Below, piece after piece: positions 31,288 to 55,476 of a stretch of DNA of 64,000 bases. Location of the stretch: NCBI GenBank assembly GCA_963920595.1, contig OY986950.1, positions 2,604,001 to 2,668,000 of the forward strand. The letters are read 5' to 3'. Position 1 is the stretch's first letter; each line of letters begins with the position of its first letter. The translations under genes were made by a program, and so were the position numbers. The stretch is from Eimeria praecox. Its lineage: Eukaryota. A model generated the notes under the pieces. That model ran no database searches, was not told the origin of the DNA, and saw only the letters and a list, made by a program, of their open reading frames with translations.

Positions 31288-31386
31288 ATGCTGCTGTTGA
31301 TGCTGTTGATGCTGCTGTTGATGATGATGTTGATGATGCTGTTGGTGCTGCTGTTGTTGCGCAAGCGGGGGAGTTGTAGCGGTGAT

Positions 31387-31427
<41 letters not shown>

Positions 31428-31689
31428 TAATGTAGGAATTGCTGCTGCAGATATAACTGCAGCAGCAGCAGCAACAGCAGTAGCAGCAGCAGCAGCAGCA
31501 GCAGGAGCAAGGGTTTGTTTGTTTTGATTTTGTTTGAAAATCATGTATTATAATTTCTCTATCTTTTTTTATTGAACGAAGACAGACAAATGTTAAGAAA
31601 GAATAATAAAATAAAATAAATAAATTAAATAAATAAATAATATATAAATAATAAATAGGGAGCTTAGTAAGTTAGTAATAGGCAAACAA

Positions 31690-32200
<511 letters not shown>

Positions 32201-32330
32201 AATAGATACAGTTAAATAGAGATAAATATATAAACAAGAAGAAGAAATACAAGTAAATAAAAACAAACAAAACAAAAATACAAAATAATTATATCTAAAT
32301 ACAACAAATGATAGAAAGGAAGAAGCAGCA

Positions 32331-32361
<31 letters not shown>

Positions 32362-33274
32362 CGTGTTTATGAGTGTATATACTTGTTTGTTTTTATTTAT
32401 TTGTAGTTTATTTGTTTATAATTTATATATTAAATTTATTTTAAATTAAATTATTTTTATTTTATTTTATTTATCTATCGTTTCAAACAAACACAACACA
32501 ACAGCAGCGGCTCAATGTGTTCTATCGAAGAGAGGGAGGAGTAGGATTTTCTATGTGTATAAATAAATAAATAAAAAGAAATATAAAATAAAATAAATAA
32601 ATTAAATAAATTAAATAAATAAAATTAAATAAAATAATTAATTTTTAAACAAATAAATAGAATCTGCATGTGCGTGCATGCATATACACCCCAACTTCTT
32701 CTCATCTAATATTTCTTTTCAGGTGTACATACATGTTTTTAAAACACAAAAATAAATTAATTTAATTAATTAATTTAATATTTTATATATTTAATTAATT
32801 TATTTAATTCTTTCTATAAAATATTATATATATTAATACTTTATATACAACAAAGGCTGCAAGCCAGCCCCGAAATCGGCAGCTGTCTGTTATATATTTG
32901 AGGTGTATATGCAGTTAATTTATATAAAAAATAAATAAATAATAAATAAAAAATAAATAAAATATATTTGAAATATTTATTATATACAAATATATAAATA
33001 TATTTAATTATTTGAGAAAGAAAATAAAAAAAAGAAACACAGTTTACGTTTTTGTTTTAGGGTTTAGGGTTTAGGGTTTAATTGTAGTTAGATTTAGGGT
33101 TTAGGGTTTAGGGTTTAGGGTTTAGGGTTTAGGGTTTGAAGTGTATGAACGACAGCAAAGAAGGCTGTTGAAGCTGCTCGCTTCATCTCACAAACCTCAG
33201 GGTTTATATAACCTCACATTAGGGTTTAGGGTTTAGGGTTTAGGGTTTAGGGTTTAGGGTTTAGGGTTTAGGAG

Positions 33275-33377
33275 ATGGAAGGCAGCGAGTGCTGCGAGGT
33301 TAGGGTTTACGTCCCCCAAGGCAAACATGTACAGCAGCACATTATACAACTACCTCCAGATAAAACTGTAGGAGAAT

Positions 33378-33408
<31 letters not shown>

Positions 33409-33427
33409 AGCAGCAGCAGACGGCCAT

Positions 33428-33475
<48 letters not shown>

Positions 33476-33592
33476 ACAGATGTATATTTATTTACTTTGG
33501 GAGATTCTAATGGTTTTCTTTTTAATCCTCGAAAGACATTTGCTGAGTGTGGTTTGCTGCTGCAGCAGCAGCAGCAGCTGCTGCTGCAGCAA

Positions 33593-33623
<31 letters not shown>

Positions 33624-34191
33624 TGCAGCTAGCAGATGTTCCGCTCTTTCCTCTTGAGCTCACAGCTACTTCTTCTTCTTCTTCTCTCTCTTCTTCTTCT
33701 GTCTCTCCTTCTTCTTCTTCTGTCTCTTCTTCTTCTTCTCCTTCTTCTTCTTCTTCTTCTTCTTCTTCTTCTTCTTCTTCTCCTTCTCCTTCTTCTTCTT
33801 CTTGTATTTATCTCTTACCTCTTCCTTCTCCTCCTCCTCTTCGTCTTTGTCTCGTTCAAGCAGCCAACGGAATCACAGATGTACATACACCCTAAACCCT
33901 AAACCCTAAACCCTAAACCCTAAACCCTAAACCCTAAACCCTAGTTCACTATAAGCCGTATCGCTAAGCTCATAGAAGTTTTTCTTATCATCATCGATGA
34001 GAGACACAAGCCCTACTACAACTATATCGCTACTCCTGCTGCTGCTGCTGCTGCTGCTGCTCCTGCTGCTGCTCCTGCTGCTGCTGCTGCTACTGCTGCT
34101 ACTGCTGCTGCTGCTGCTACTGCTGCTGCTGCTCCTGCTGCTGCTCCTGCTGCTGCTGCTGCTACTGCTGCTACTGCTGCTGCTGCTGCTA

Positions 34192-34247
<56 letters not shown>

Positions 34248-34415
34248 GCTACTGCTACTGCTACTGCTCCTGCTGCTGCTGCTACTCCTGCTGCTCCTCC
34301 TGCTGCTGCTGCTATTGCTGCTGCTGCTGCTGCTGCTGCAGATAGTTGAGGTGAATATGTGGGAGAAGGTTTCTTACTTAGAGCGATGGGTGCGACGCCG
34401 TTTCTCCTCTCTCCT

Positions 34416-34491
<76 letters not shown>

Positions 34492-34677
34492 GTTCTACCT
34501 GGCAGCAACAATCAAGGGTTTGTTTTAATCTACCTTGGCGTTCCCCTCTGCAGCAATAAAACACTAGCAGCAAGCGGGATTAGAGAGAAAAGCAAAGTAT
34601 TGATTTATTTCGCTGTCGATGCTCCTCCTCTACCTGCTGCTGATGCTCTAGCAAACCCAACACCGCAAACATCTTAA
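33275..34677 (+). CDS. Protein with two putative ubiquitin-like domains; exons 33275-33880, 34342-34677
   Basis: Domain 1: EVRVYVP...IIQLPPDKTVGEF...FNPRKTFAECGL. Domain 2: LRLCLVQ..ITD|IVEVNMWEKVSYLERWV...VLIYLGVPLCSNKTLAASGIREKSKVLI, matching the ubiquitin LIxxGxxLxxxxTLxxxGI motif. Phase-0 intron. Confidence 0.7.
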
Positions 34678-34744
34678 ATATAAGGCTCCTGCTCCTCCTG
34701 CTGCTGCTGCTGTTGCTGCTGCTGCTGTTGCTGCTGTTGCTGCT

Positions 34745-34791
<47 letters not shown>

Positions 34792-35111
34792 ACTTGCTGA
34801 GATAGTCAGCAGACTTCGCTATCGCATATACGGAAGCAGCAGTAGCAGCAGCAGCAACAGCAGCAGCAGCAACAGAAATAGAAACAGCAGCAACAGCAGC
34901 AGCAGCAACAGCAGCAGCAGCAACAGCAACAGCAGCAAGCAAGTTGTTTTCTGCTGCGTCTAGCCTTTACAGCTGCTGAGGTGTACGTACACCTGAAAAA
35001 AAGAAGAAAAGACATTCAACTTAATTGAAAGACAACCGAACGTTTAGTCTGTTGCTGCTGCTGCTGCTGCTGCAGCTGTTGCTGCTGCTGCTGCAGCTGT
35101 TGCTGCTGCTA

Positions 35112-35656
35112 CTACTGCTGCAGCTGCAGCTGTTGCTGCTGCTGCTGCTGCAGCTGTTGCTGCTGCTGCTGCAGCTGTTGCTGCTGCAGCAGCTGCAGCT
35201 TTTGTCTTCTTTCTTTCAGTGTCTGCCGCAGCAGCGGCAGCAGCAGTTCAATTGCTGTCTGCTTACATTGCTGCTGCTGCTGCTGCAGCTGCAGCAGCAA
35301 CCAACCTCGAGATAGAAGGATACGCCTCTTAAGCAGTGTTTTTACTGTGAGGGTTTGTGGGTTAGGGTTTAGGGTTTGGGGTTTAGGGTTTAGTGTTTGG
35401 GGTTTAGGGTTTAGGGTTTGGGGTTTAGGGTTTAGTGTTTGGGGTTTAGGGTTTAGGGTTTGGGGTTTAGGGTTTAGTGTTTGGGGTTTAGGGTTTAGGG
35501 TTTGGGGTTTAGGGTTTAGGGTTTGGGGTTTAGGTTTTATATAAGAATGAGGGTCTCCATCAACTTCTATTAATATTTTCTCCTTAATAAAACACAAGTC
35601 AAACACATACGGGCCCTCTACATATTCTAAAGAGCATTTGCTGCCGCACAGAGATA

Positions 35657-35687
<31 letters not shown>

Positions 35688-35839
35688 TGCTGTTGCTGCT
35701 GCTGTTGCTGCTGTTGCTGCTGTTGCTGTTGCTGCTGCTGCTGAGGAGGAGGAGGAGGAGCAGGTTGTTGCTGCTGTACACTCTTTAGAAGCGTCAAACA
35801 GCTTCTGGCTGATGCTGCTGCTGCTGCTGTTGCTGCTGT

Positions 35840-35871
<32 letters not shown>

Positions 35872-36831
35872 TCGGCTCGCAGCAGCCGCTGCAGCGTGCG
35901 GCGCTGCTGCTTTGAGGTGTAGACAGTTTGCTGCTGCAGCGATGCAGCAGCAGCAGCAGCAGCTTCTAACCACGAAAGTGTTTCTGCTGCTACTGTTAGT
36001 TGCTGCTGCAGCTGATGAGGTAGAAGCAGTTGCTGCTGCTGCAGCAGCTGCAGCAGCGCGGTCTCTGCAGCAGATTCACTGCTGCTGCTGCTGCTGCTGC
36101 TGCTGTGCTGCTGCTGCTGCTGTTGCTGCTGTTGCTGCTGCTGCTGAGTGGAAGGAGAAGATAGAAAAAGATATACTATCTGCAGCTGTCTTAGAGCGAG
36201 GGGCCCCACAGCAGCAACCCCTGTCTGCTCGTGCTGCAGCTGCTGCTGCAGCAGCTGCAGCAGTTGCTGCAGCAACTTACTGCGTTGCTGCAGCTGCATC
36301 TCAGACAGCGGAGCAGCAGAAATACAAGAAGCACACAGAGAATAACAAATTAAAGTAGTTTCTCTATAACCTATCTCCTCCTGCTGCTGCTGCTGCTGCT
36401 GCTGCAGTTGCTGCTGCTGCTGCTGCTGCAGTTGCTGCTGCTGCTGCTGCTGCAGTTGCTGCTGCTGCTGCTGCTGCAGTTGCTGCTGCTGCTGCTGCTG
36501 CAGTTGCTGCTGCTGCTGCTGCTGCAGTTGCTGCTGCTGCTGCTGCTGCAGACGATATGGTATAGCGTCTGCGAATAGGTAGTCGAGCAAAGGATGAGAG
36601 AAAGATAGCTTTGATAGAGACCAACAGCAAGCCTGCATCAACAAACCCTAAACCCTAAACCCTAAACCCTAAACCCTAAACCCTAAACCCTAAACCCTAA
36701 ACCCTAAACCCTAAACCCTAGGTATATACTGAGAAGTAGTTATGAAGTGTTAGTTTCAGAGGCAGAACAAACAAGAGACATGCTTACAGCGAGGTGTTTG
36801 AAGTAGAGCCTGTTGCTGCTGCTCCTGCTGC

Positions 36832-36864
<33 letters not shown>

Positions 36865-37392
36865 ACTGCAGCAGGAAATCGCAGGCAGCAAGAAGCAGGT
36901 CTTCGTGTTTAACACGTGCAGCAGCCAGCAGCACGAGCAGCGCGACAGCATCTGCTGCTTGTAGTTGCATTACAAATGCTGCTGCTGCTGCTGCTGCTGT
37001 TGCTGCTGTTGTTGCTTCAGCTTCTGCTTCCCTTGGCTGCAGCTGCAGCTGTAGCTGCGGCTGCTGCTGCTGCTGCTGCTGCTGCTGTATCTGCTGCTGC
37101 AGCTGCTGCTGCAGAATTTGCTGCAGCTGACGCCCTTTGAGAGCCCCCAACGACTGCAGCGCGCGGCATCCCCTCACTACATCTGCTGCGCTGCAGCAGC
37201 AAGGAGCAGCAGCAGCAGTACCAGCAGCAGCAGCAGCAGGAGCAGCAGCAGCAGGAGCAGCAGCAAGTGTATGTCTTGCTGCGTTGCAGAGACTAAGGGG
37301 AATGCTGCAGGCTTTCTGCTTCACTAACAGCCGCAGCATCGCAGACAAATCCGACAGACACACCACCATCTGCTGCTGCTGCTGCTGCTGCT

Positions 37393-37423
<31 letters not shown>

Positions 37424-37430
37424 TTGCTGT

Positions 37431-37469
<39 letters not shown>

Positions 37470-37607
37470 GTGCTGCGGCGCTGCTTCCCCAGAAGTTGCT
37501 GCTGCCGCTGCAGCAGCATCTGCAGCAGACGTATGCAGGACTGCCACAGCAGCTGTAGCTGCTGCTGCTGCTGCTGCTTCTGCTGCTGTTGCTGATCGTC
37601 AAGGGGC

Positions 37608-37641
<34 letters not shown>

Positions 37642-38215
37642 CCAACTGCAGCAGTATCTCCATTCTTGAACGTAGCTCCTTCCCTATTGCTGCAGCCTCA
37701 GTACACCTGCAGTTCAAGCTGCTGCTGCTGTTGCTGCTGCTGCTGTTGCTGCTGTTGCTGCTGCTGCTGTTGCTGCTGCTGCTGTTGTTGTTGCTGCTGC
37801 TGCTGTTGCTGTCGCTGCTGCTGCTGGGTAGGGGCCTAGCGCCACCCAATGCGAGCGCTGGAGCTGCTGCTGTTGCTGCTGCTGTTGCTGCTGCTGTTGC
37901 TGCTGCTGTTGCTGCTGCTGTTGCTGCTGCTGTTGCTGCTGCTGTTGCTGCTGCTGTCGTCATGCCCCCGAGCTTCTGTCTGTCTTTAGCAGCAGCACAG
38001 AGGGGTGAGAAGCAAATGCTGCTGCTGCAGCAGCGGCTTCCTGCTGCAGCAGTTGCTGCTGCAGTTGCTGCTGCAGTTGCTGCTGCAGTTGCTGCAGCAG
38101 TTGCTGCTGCAGTTGCTGCTGCTGCTGCATCCTTGCTGCTGCAGCGGAGAGGTGCGGATACACTCCGAGGAAGCAGAACCCCACACAAACTTCTTTGCAG
38201 CAGAACCGTGGTCAT
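35112..38215 (-). CDS. RAP-domain (FASTK-like) RNA-binding protein; exons 38215-36788, 36632-35112 (3' end uncertain)
   Basis: C-terminal RAP signature EYVEGPYVFDLCFIKEKILIEVDGDPHSY...KTLLKRRILLSRGW, preceded by helical-repeat-like segments (e.g. CCWSLSKLSF). Phase-0 GTAAGC...GCAG intron. The R/S-rich N-terminus could be an organellar targeting peptide. Confidence 0.8.
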
Positions 38216-38420
38216 GACTGCCTCAAAAGGCAGCAGCAGCAGCAGCAGCAGCTGCTGCTGCTGCTGCTGCAGTTGCTGCTGCTGCAGTTGCTGCTGTTGC
38301 TGTTGCTGCTGGGCTTGCTGCAGATGATGCTGCGCTTGCTGCCATTATTGAGAAGGTTGCTGCTCGCTGCAATGCTCTTGCTGCTGCTGCTGCTGCTGCT
38401 GCTGAAGATGCAGTATCCTT

Positions 38421-38524
<104 letters not shown>

Positions 38525-38882
38525 TCAGTTAGTAGCAGCAGCTGCTGCTCCTCTTACGCAATATCTTCATTCTTTGTTTTACATGATTTGTTTGTTTTAC
38601 TTAATTATTATTAAATAAACAAATAAATAAATAAATATAAATAAATAAATAAATAAAAATAAATAAAAATAAATAAAAATAAATAAAAATAAATAAAAAT
38701 AAACAGAGGCGGCAGCACCGAGAACGTCAGACGTTGCGGTGTATATAATATAAAATAAATAAAAAATAAAACAAATTTAATTAAATTAATTTTAATTTAT
38801 TATTATTATTATTTAATTACTTCTAAGAAGGATATATCAACAACCATCAGAGTTTGTTGCTGCAGCAACAGCAATAACAACC

Positions 38883-38917
<35 letters not shown>

Positions 38918-38934
38918 CACCGACGCATGCTGTA

Positions 38935-38972
<38 letters not shown>

Positions 38973-39081
38973 GTTTGTGTTGTCTTCTCTTTCTGTTTAT
39001 AGTTTGTTTTTCTATTAGAACTCATAGAAAAGTTAATATTAATTATCTTCTTATTGCTGCTGCAGCGGCTGCTGGCAGATC

Positions 39082-39116
<35 letters not shown>

Positions 39117-39139
39117 AGCTGTGCTGCTGCTGCTGTGTT

Positions 39140-39172
<33 letters not shown>

Positions 39173-39268
39173 AGCTGCTGCAGCAGCAGCAGAACTAAGG
39201 ACGCCACCGCAGCAGCAGCTGCTGCAGCATTCAATTTCTTCACTCGCTACAACCGTCAGCAGGGACTA

Positions 39269-39322
<54 letters not shown>

Positions 39323-39453
39323 CACCTGCAGCATCATCCATTAAACTCCCGAGCATCAATCGTTGTTTTGTTTTTTTCTTTTTTTTCTGTTTCTTTCTTT
39401 TCAATTTCGTGTGTACGAACAGCAGCGCCACCGAGCAGCAACAGCAGCAGCAA

Positions 39454-39501
<48 letters not shown>

Positions 39502-39502
39502 G

Positions 39503-45220
<5,718 letters not shown>

Positions 45221-46006
45221 ACCCTAAACCCTAAACCCTAAACCCTTATTTTATAAACCCTATACCCTTATTGTATAAACCCTAAACCCTAGATTTGAAA
45301 TATATAAAAAAAGAAACAAATTAGGGTTTATAATTGTCTCTAAAATACGATATATTTACAAACCCTAAACCCTTACTTTGTAAACCCTAAACCCTAATTA
45401 TACTTTATTTATATACGAAGGGTGAAAACATTAAACCCTAAACCCTAAACCCTAGGCTTACAAATCCTGTATTTTGGTGCGACTGTCTTTATAAGAAGGT
45501 CTTCCTCCTTATATTATTTATTACTATTTATTACTATTTATTATTTATTATTATTATTATTTATTATTATTTATTACTATTATTTATTATTATTTATTAC
45601 TATTTATTATTTATTATTATTATTATTTATTATTTATTATTTATTAGTATTTATTAGTATTTATTATTAGTTATTATCATATATAGTATTATTTATTATT
45701 GTTTGTTAGTATATCTATCATTATTTACTATTTATTATTATATATTACTATATATTATTATTTATTATTACTATTTACTATTTATTATAATTATTTATTA
45801 TTTATTAGTAGTAATAGTGTATACAATTGTAACAGAGATAAACAGAGAAAAATATTAGAAAAATAAAAACAAAAAATTATGAAAATAAAAAAATTAAAAA
45901 TAATTACTTGCAGGCTTTTCTTTTTTTGTTTCTTCAAACTTTTATGAAAGATAGATTGTGTATATACACCGTATTTAATAGATTTGCTTACATTCTCGGA
46001 TGCAAT

Positions 46007-46053
<47 letters not shown>

Positions 46054-47336
46054 AGCAGCAGCAGCAACAGCAGCAGCAGAATTGTTTTGGTTGCTGTTGA
46101 ATGCTGCGGGTTTTTGTTTATGAAGAAATTAAAGTTAAATGTTATAAAATTAATAATTTAATTAATTTGACAAATTAAATTAATTAAAATATTTGTTTAT
46201 AATTGAATAAAATCAAGTTAAATTAAGTTAAATTAAATTAAATTAAATTAAATTAAATTAAATTAAATTGATTTGTAAGAAGTTGATGTATATAGTGGAG
46301 GGATTCGAGCAGCGGCAGCGACATACAGACAATCTCCTACTTTTATCTATTTAGATTTAATTAAATTAAATGTAAATAAATTTAATTTAATTTAATTTAA
46401 TTTAATTAAGACAAATAAGATTAAATTAATTATATGAAGCTCATATCCTTAGAAGAACAACAAACAAGGACAGCTTCGTCCTTCTTAATTTATGTTTGTT
46501 TTTCTCTATTTTAATTATTTATTATTTATATTTTAAATATTTTATTTAAAGTATACATAATATTTATATTTTAAATAAAATATTTAAAATATAAATAATA
46601 AATAATTAAATCTAAATTTAATTATGTTTACTATCTTCTAAGCTGCCTATACACCGCAAGCTACGTTCTTTCTTCTGATCACGGCAGATTATGATGTATT
46701 GTAGAAACAGAGAAAACAAGATTTAAATGTATAAATAAATATTTAAAAGTATAAAATATATTTAAATAAAACATTTTAAATATTATTTCATAGAAAATAC
46801 AGAAAAATAAATTCTATTTCAAATATATTATCTACACACGATCAACACCCCCATATCGAGATTCATTGTATTGTTAATTATTATTATATTATTGCGCTAG
46901 AGAGAAAACTAGAGAATAAAATAAAAAAAAAGATATAAAGTATTTTAAAATTAGGATTTAATTATTAATTTAAAAAGAAAAGGAGAAAAGAAGCAAAAAA
47001 AATAGAGAAAAAGAAGAAAAACTAAAAAAAAGATATCTATCAAATTCTCGGGTGTACGTACAGCTCATCCGTCGATGCGATGAAAGTATTGAACTTTTCT
47101 TGTTTTTTTCTGTTTTTTTTTATTTTTTTTAATTTTTAAAGTATATATATGTTTAATTTTCTCTTTTTTTCGAGGATTTCGTCGTGAGACATCAATGACA
47201 GTTGTATGGATGTGTTTAATCCACAAATCAACACAAATTTGACTTTCCTCTCTATACAGCTATCACCAAACCCTAAACCCTAAACCCTAAACCCTAAACC
47301 CTTAACCCTAGATTTTTTTTTATTTTAATTTTAATA

Positions 47337-50603
<3,267 letters not shown>

Positions 50604-50648
50604 AGTAAAATCTAGTTAATTCTATATATCTATATCTATATCTATATA

Positions 50649-50726
<78 letters not shown>

Positions 50727-51527
50727 TTAAGATACTAGTGCACTCTTTCAAAGCAGATAAAAAATTCTTAGATGACGTAGATATATTAATATTTTTCTAT
50801 TTAAATAAAATAACATTAATTTATTGTTGGTTAGCTTGAAGCAGATTCAGGTGTATACACAGCTGTGTAGCTACTTGCGGTGTATGTACAGCTTATGCAG
50901 TCAAAGGCTGCATTTCTTCTTTTTTATTCTTAAGACGACAATAATAATAATTAAATTACAATTAAATTTTATTTTTAATTTATTTAATTTATTTAATGAG
51001 ATAATAACACCAAATTAAAAGCCTAAGCTGCACATACACCCGAAGCCCCTGATGCAGCGCCGGCACCGTGGGGTGTAGCTACACCATTCATGTTTTAGAT
51101 ATATCGAAATATACATATCTATAGAAGTAAATAAATAAATAAATATATTTATTTATATTTAAATTAATAATTATACATTTAAATACACAAATATATACAA
51201 AAATAAAAAATATATTGATATGTATGCGAGATTACTTCGTGTGCATGCAGCAGAAACGCCACAGCCCCATCCTATACAACAGCAGCAATATAACGTAATC
51301 TCTCCTTCTATATATAATGTAAATATTATAATAATAATAAATATTATTATAAATACTAAATATAATTATATAAATACTTCATAATAGACTTATCTTTATT
51401 ACACCCTAAACCTCTACTACTAACAGCATCTATCAACTAAGGTCCTTGTGTTTGTGTGTGTATCTGCAGCTAATCGAGATTTGAGGTGTACGTACACCTC
51501 ATCTGTCTTAACACACAAGAATATAAA

Positions 51528-51599
<72 letters not shown>

Positions 51600-51630
51600 A
51601 CTACAATTGCAGCTATATATTGTATGTGTA

Positions 51631-51662
<32 letters not shown>

Positions 51663-52228
51663 AATATATTTATATATTATCTTTTTATTATCCTCTAACA
51701 TGTACAGACTACATATATCTAAATATGTTTGTATGTCTGTGTCTGTATCTTTCATTGTACTTTCCTCTAAAACAATGAGAAGCATAGAAATAAATAGAAA
51801 TAATAATACAGTAATATAAAAACAACAAAACAAACTAATCTACTTCTGTTCTAGTTATAATTAATTAATTATTTATTACTATTTATTCCTTCTCTCTCTC
51901 TATTCCGTTGCTCTATCTACAACACTACAGTTATTATTTAAATAATATTTTCTAATATTATAATATAATATAATAATATTTTTATTATATTTTTGTCTTA
52001 TCAACTCAATTAGAAAAGAAAAGCTTGTCAGTTGTTGTTTTCTGTTATATTACACCTTCTCCCCTTCAACCAGCCCCAAACACATGCATGCATGCATGCA
52101 TCTCTCTTATATATATAAATAAATATATAAATAAATATATTTATTTATATATATATCTATTTCTATTTTAAACAAGTTTAGTTGTACATGTCTATCAACT
52201 AAGAAGAAGGTAGGAATACACAACCCCC

Positions 52229-52262
<34 letters not shown>

Positions 52263-52374
52263 CGTTAATATATATAGATATAAAATATATATATAGATTT
52301 AAATATATCTTTCCTCGCCTATATTTAAATAACTATATATATCTATATCTATATATATATATGTATATATATAT

Positions 52375-52667
52375 TTACGCCTTCTTCTTCGCGACACCAA
52401 CAGTTCTTCCATGTCTTCCTGTAGTTTTTGTGTGTTGTCCTCTAACCTTCAATCCCCAATAATGCCTTAATCCTCTGTGCAATCTCATCTTCTTCAATCT
52501 TTCAAAATCTTCTCTCCAGCAACTATCTAAATTGTTGGCAGACACATGACGCGATTTCCCGTCTTTAATATCTCTCTGTCTGTTTAAAAACCAAGAAGGG
52601 ATACTAAATTGAGTGGGACTTGACACTATAGCTACTATCTGAGACAGATAGACACACACACACAGAT

Positions 52668-52703
<36 letters not shown>

Positions 52704-53856
52704 GATAGATCGATAGATATAGATATATAGATATAGATAGATAGATAGATAATAATTAGATTGCTATTCTAAGCTTGTTTGTTTGTGTAATTACGTAGTT
52801 CAACTAATAATAATAAATAAAACAGAATAAACAATTACTAAAAAATATTAAACAGACAAAAGAAATATCAAAAAAAACAAAACAAAGCCAAGGAAAAACA
52901 AACAAAAGCAACAAACCCTAAACCCTAAACCCTAAACCCTAAACCCTAAACCCTAGACAACACAACTGTAAGGATACAGAAACAATAGAGTTAGGTTTAA
53001 TTAGAGTTGCTGCTGTCTCTACATGCTCGTATAAAGACTAAGAACAAACAAAAACAAGAAAAAGAAGAAAAAACATAAAACACAAAGAAAGAAGGAGAGA
53101 AGAAAGAAACACAAGGTGAAGTGTACACAAGCAATGATGAAGACAGAAGACAAAACAAATAAATAAAATATTTATTTATTTATTGCAATGTCTTTATAGA
53201 GTAGAAGAAGAAGAAATAAAAAAAAATAAAATAATTAGAGTTAAACATAGATTAATCTACTTATTCACTGATAACAAGGAGGTGCCTAGACACCCGAAGA
53301 AGAAGACAAAAACAGAAATGTGATGCTACAGAAGCGATAAAGAAGAAATTCTACATCAAAAGAACAAACAGAGTGTCTATACACCGTAACCACAGGGGAA
53401 AGGCTCCGCAACGACACTATGAAGGCCAGGAGCAGAAGCAGCAGCAGCAACAGCAGCAGCAGCAAAGGAGTTGAAGGTTATAAGAAGAAGACGACGAGAG
53501 ACAAATTAGAAGACGAAATAAGATAAAAGAATAATACTTTTGTGATTACTAGAGAATATATATTCTTGCATTCTATGACAGATGCTGCAGCATCTGCTGC
53601 AGCATCTGCTGCAGCAGCAGCAGCAGCAGCAGAAAACTAAACCTCATCTTACCTTGCTGATTTCATCGGCTGTAAGTTCTCCTGCTCTTTTGTCTGTATC
53701 AATATCCGCTTTCTTGCAGATTAAAGCACTAATACGTCTACCAATGCCTCTAATAGCAGTCAGAGCAATTACTACCTTCTCTCTTCCATCAACATTCGTG
53801 TTCAACACACGTAAAATGTGTTGAAAATCCTGCATATTGGTGGCACGTAGTGACAT
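52375..53856 (-). CDS. RPS18: 40S ribosomal protein S18 (uS13); exons 53856-53653, 52638-52375
   Basis: [31 protein letters not shown]...KRAGEL | ...[14 protein letters not shown]...[32 protein letters not shown]. Confidence 0.97.
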
Positions 53857-54578
53857 TTTCAAGAAAAAATGAACGTCCACCGGGGAAACCCAACAAATTA
53901 AAGGATATTACCACAAAATATCCACTTTGTTCAACAAAAATACATGTGCTTTCCTCTTCAAACTACTTTGGGGCTGGAACCCCGCACGGGGTGTATGTAC
54001 AGCTTCCCCACACCGACGAACTTGAATATCTGCATGATAATTGAATATTTATTTTAAACGATATTTTCTCAAAAATAATTGTTTAATGTATTTTAATTAT
54101 TATTTTTATTTATTAGAAATCAATGAAAACAAAAATAAATTGTTTTTGATAAAATTCAACTTTTCAGGTTTCAGATCATCGACCCGAGTCAGCTACCAGC
54201 CACATTGCTCCCTTGAGGCGGAGTAGGCGGCAGCTCTTTTCTGTTAATATTGTAAGTAATTTATGAATTCTAACAATTTATCTTTATTTTTTAGAATTAG
54301 ATCTATTTGAATACCTCAAAATTAAAATACATTTCCGCAGCTTTCCTTTCAGTTTCGTTGCCGTTCTGCGGCTAGTCAACATCCTGGCTAGGCTAGAAGC
54401 CCTTGCAGTGTAGGATATTTTAACTTTTTTATCTTGTTTGTTTGAAGTATTTATCTTTTTATCATCAGAAAAGAATCATTTTCTGTTATATTCGTAGAAA
54501 GACAGGAGTTAGAGGGAGTAAGCAAGCTCATCTCTCTCAGGTGTATCGACATCTTCATCTATTTTTGAATAAAACAAG

Positions 54579-55445
54579 ATGGACGTATCTAATGTAGTTT
54601 GGCTGGTTCTAGGCTTAACATTTTTAGTTACTCTTGGCGCAGTGTTAGCTACTAGCTGCATAGGATATACTCTTCTTCTCTGTTTGCTTAGTCCTATATG
54701 TGCTTTATATAAATGTATTACGGGCAGGGACATCGATATTTTACCGAAGAGAAGATCAAGTGTTGATTCTGATATTTCGGAATCCCCTAGTTCTGCTTCT
54801 TCTATCCCTGTGGAAGACAATGGCAGACTCAACAGCAGCAGCAGCAGGGGGCACAACAACAACAGCAGCAGCAGCAGCAGCAGCAGCAAAAGAAACATCA
54901 AAAGCAGCAACAGTCAATCAAAAGAAACAAAAGAAAAACAAATTAGAAAACAATCTACCAGAGAACCTCTTATAAACAACTCCAACTCTTCTGCTGCTGT
55001 AGCTCCACCTGCTGCTGCAGCAGCTCCAGCTGCTGCAGCAGCAGCTCCCGCTGCAGCAGCAACTCTACCAGCGGTCACAGGGCCTGTTGCTGCTGCAGCA
55101 CCTGCTGCTGCTGCACCTGCTGCTGCAGCAGCACCTGCTGCTGCTGCTGCTCCTGCTGCTGCTGCAGCTCCTGCTTCTGTGGGCATCCCAATTGCTGGAG
55201 AGGCTTCAGATGCTGCTGCTGCTGCTAGCGTTGCTGCTGCTGCTGCTGCAGCACCATGTGAGGTGCTGCAGCCTGATGCTTGCGATCCTCTAGCTGCTGC
55301 TGCTCCAGCTGCTGCTGAGATGTCAGTAGCTGCTCCTGCTGCTCCTGCTGCTGCTGCTGCTGCTGATCCTGCAGCAAGTCGCGAGGTTTCAAAGGATTGT
55401 GTTGTGCCTGTGCTGCTGCCAGAAGCAGCACCAGAAGCAACAGCA

Positions 55446-55476
<31 letters not shown>

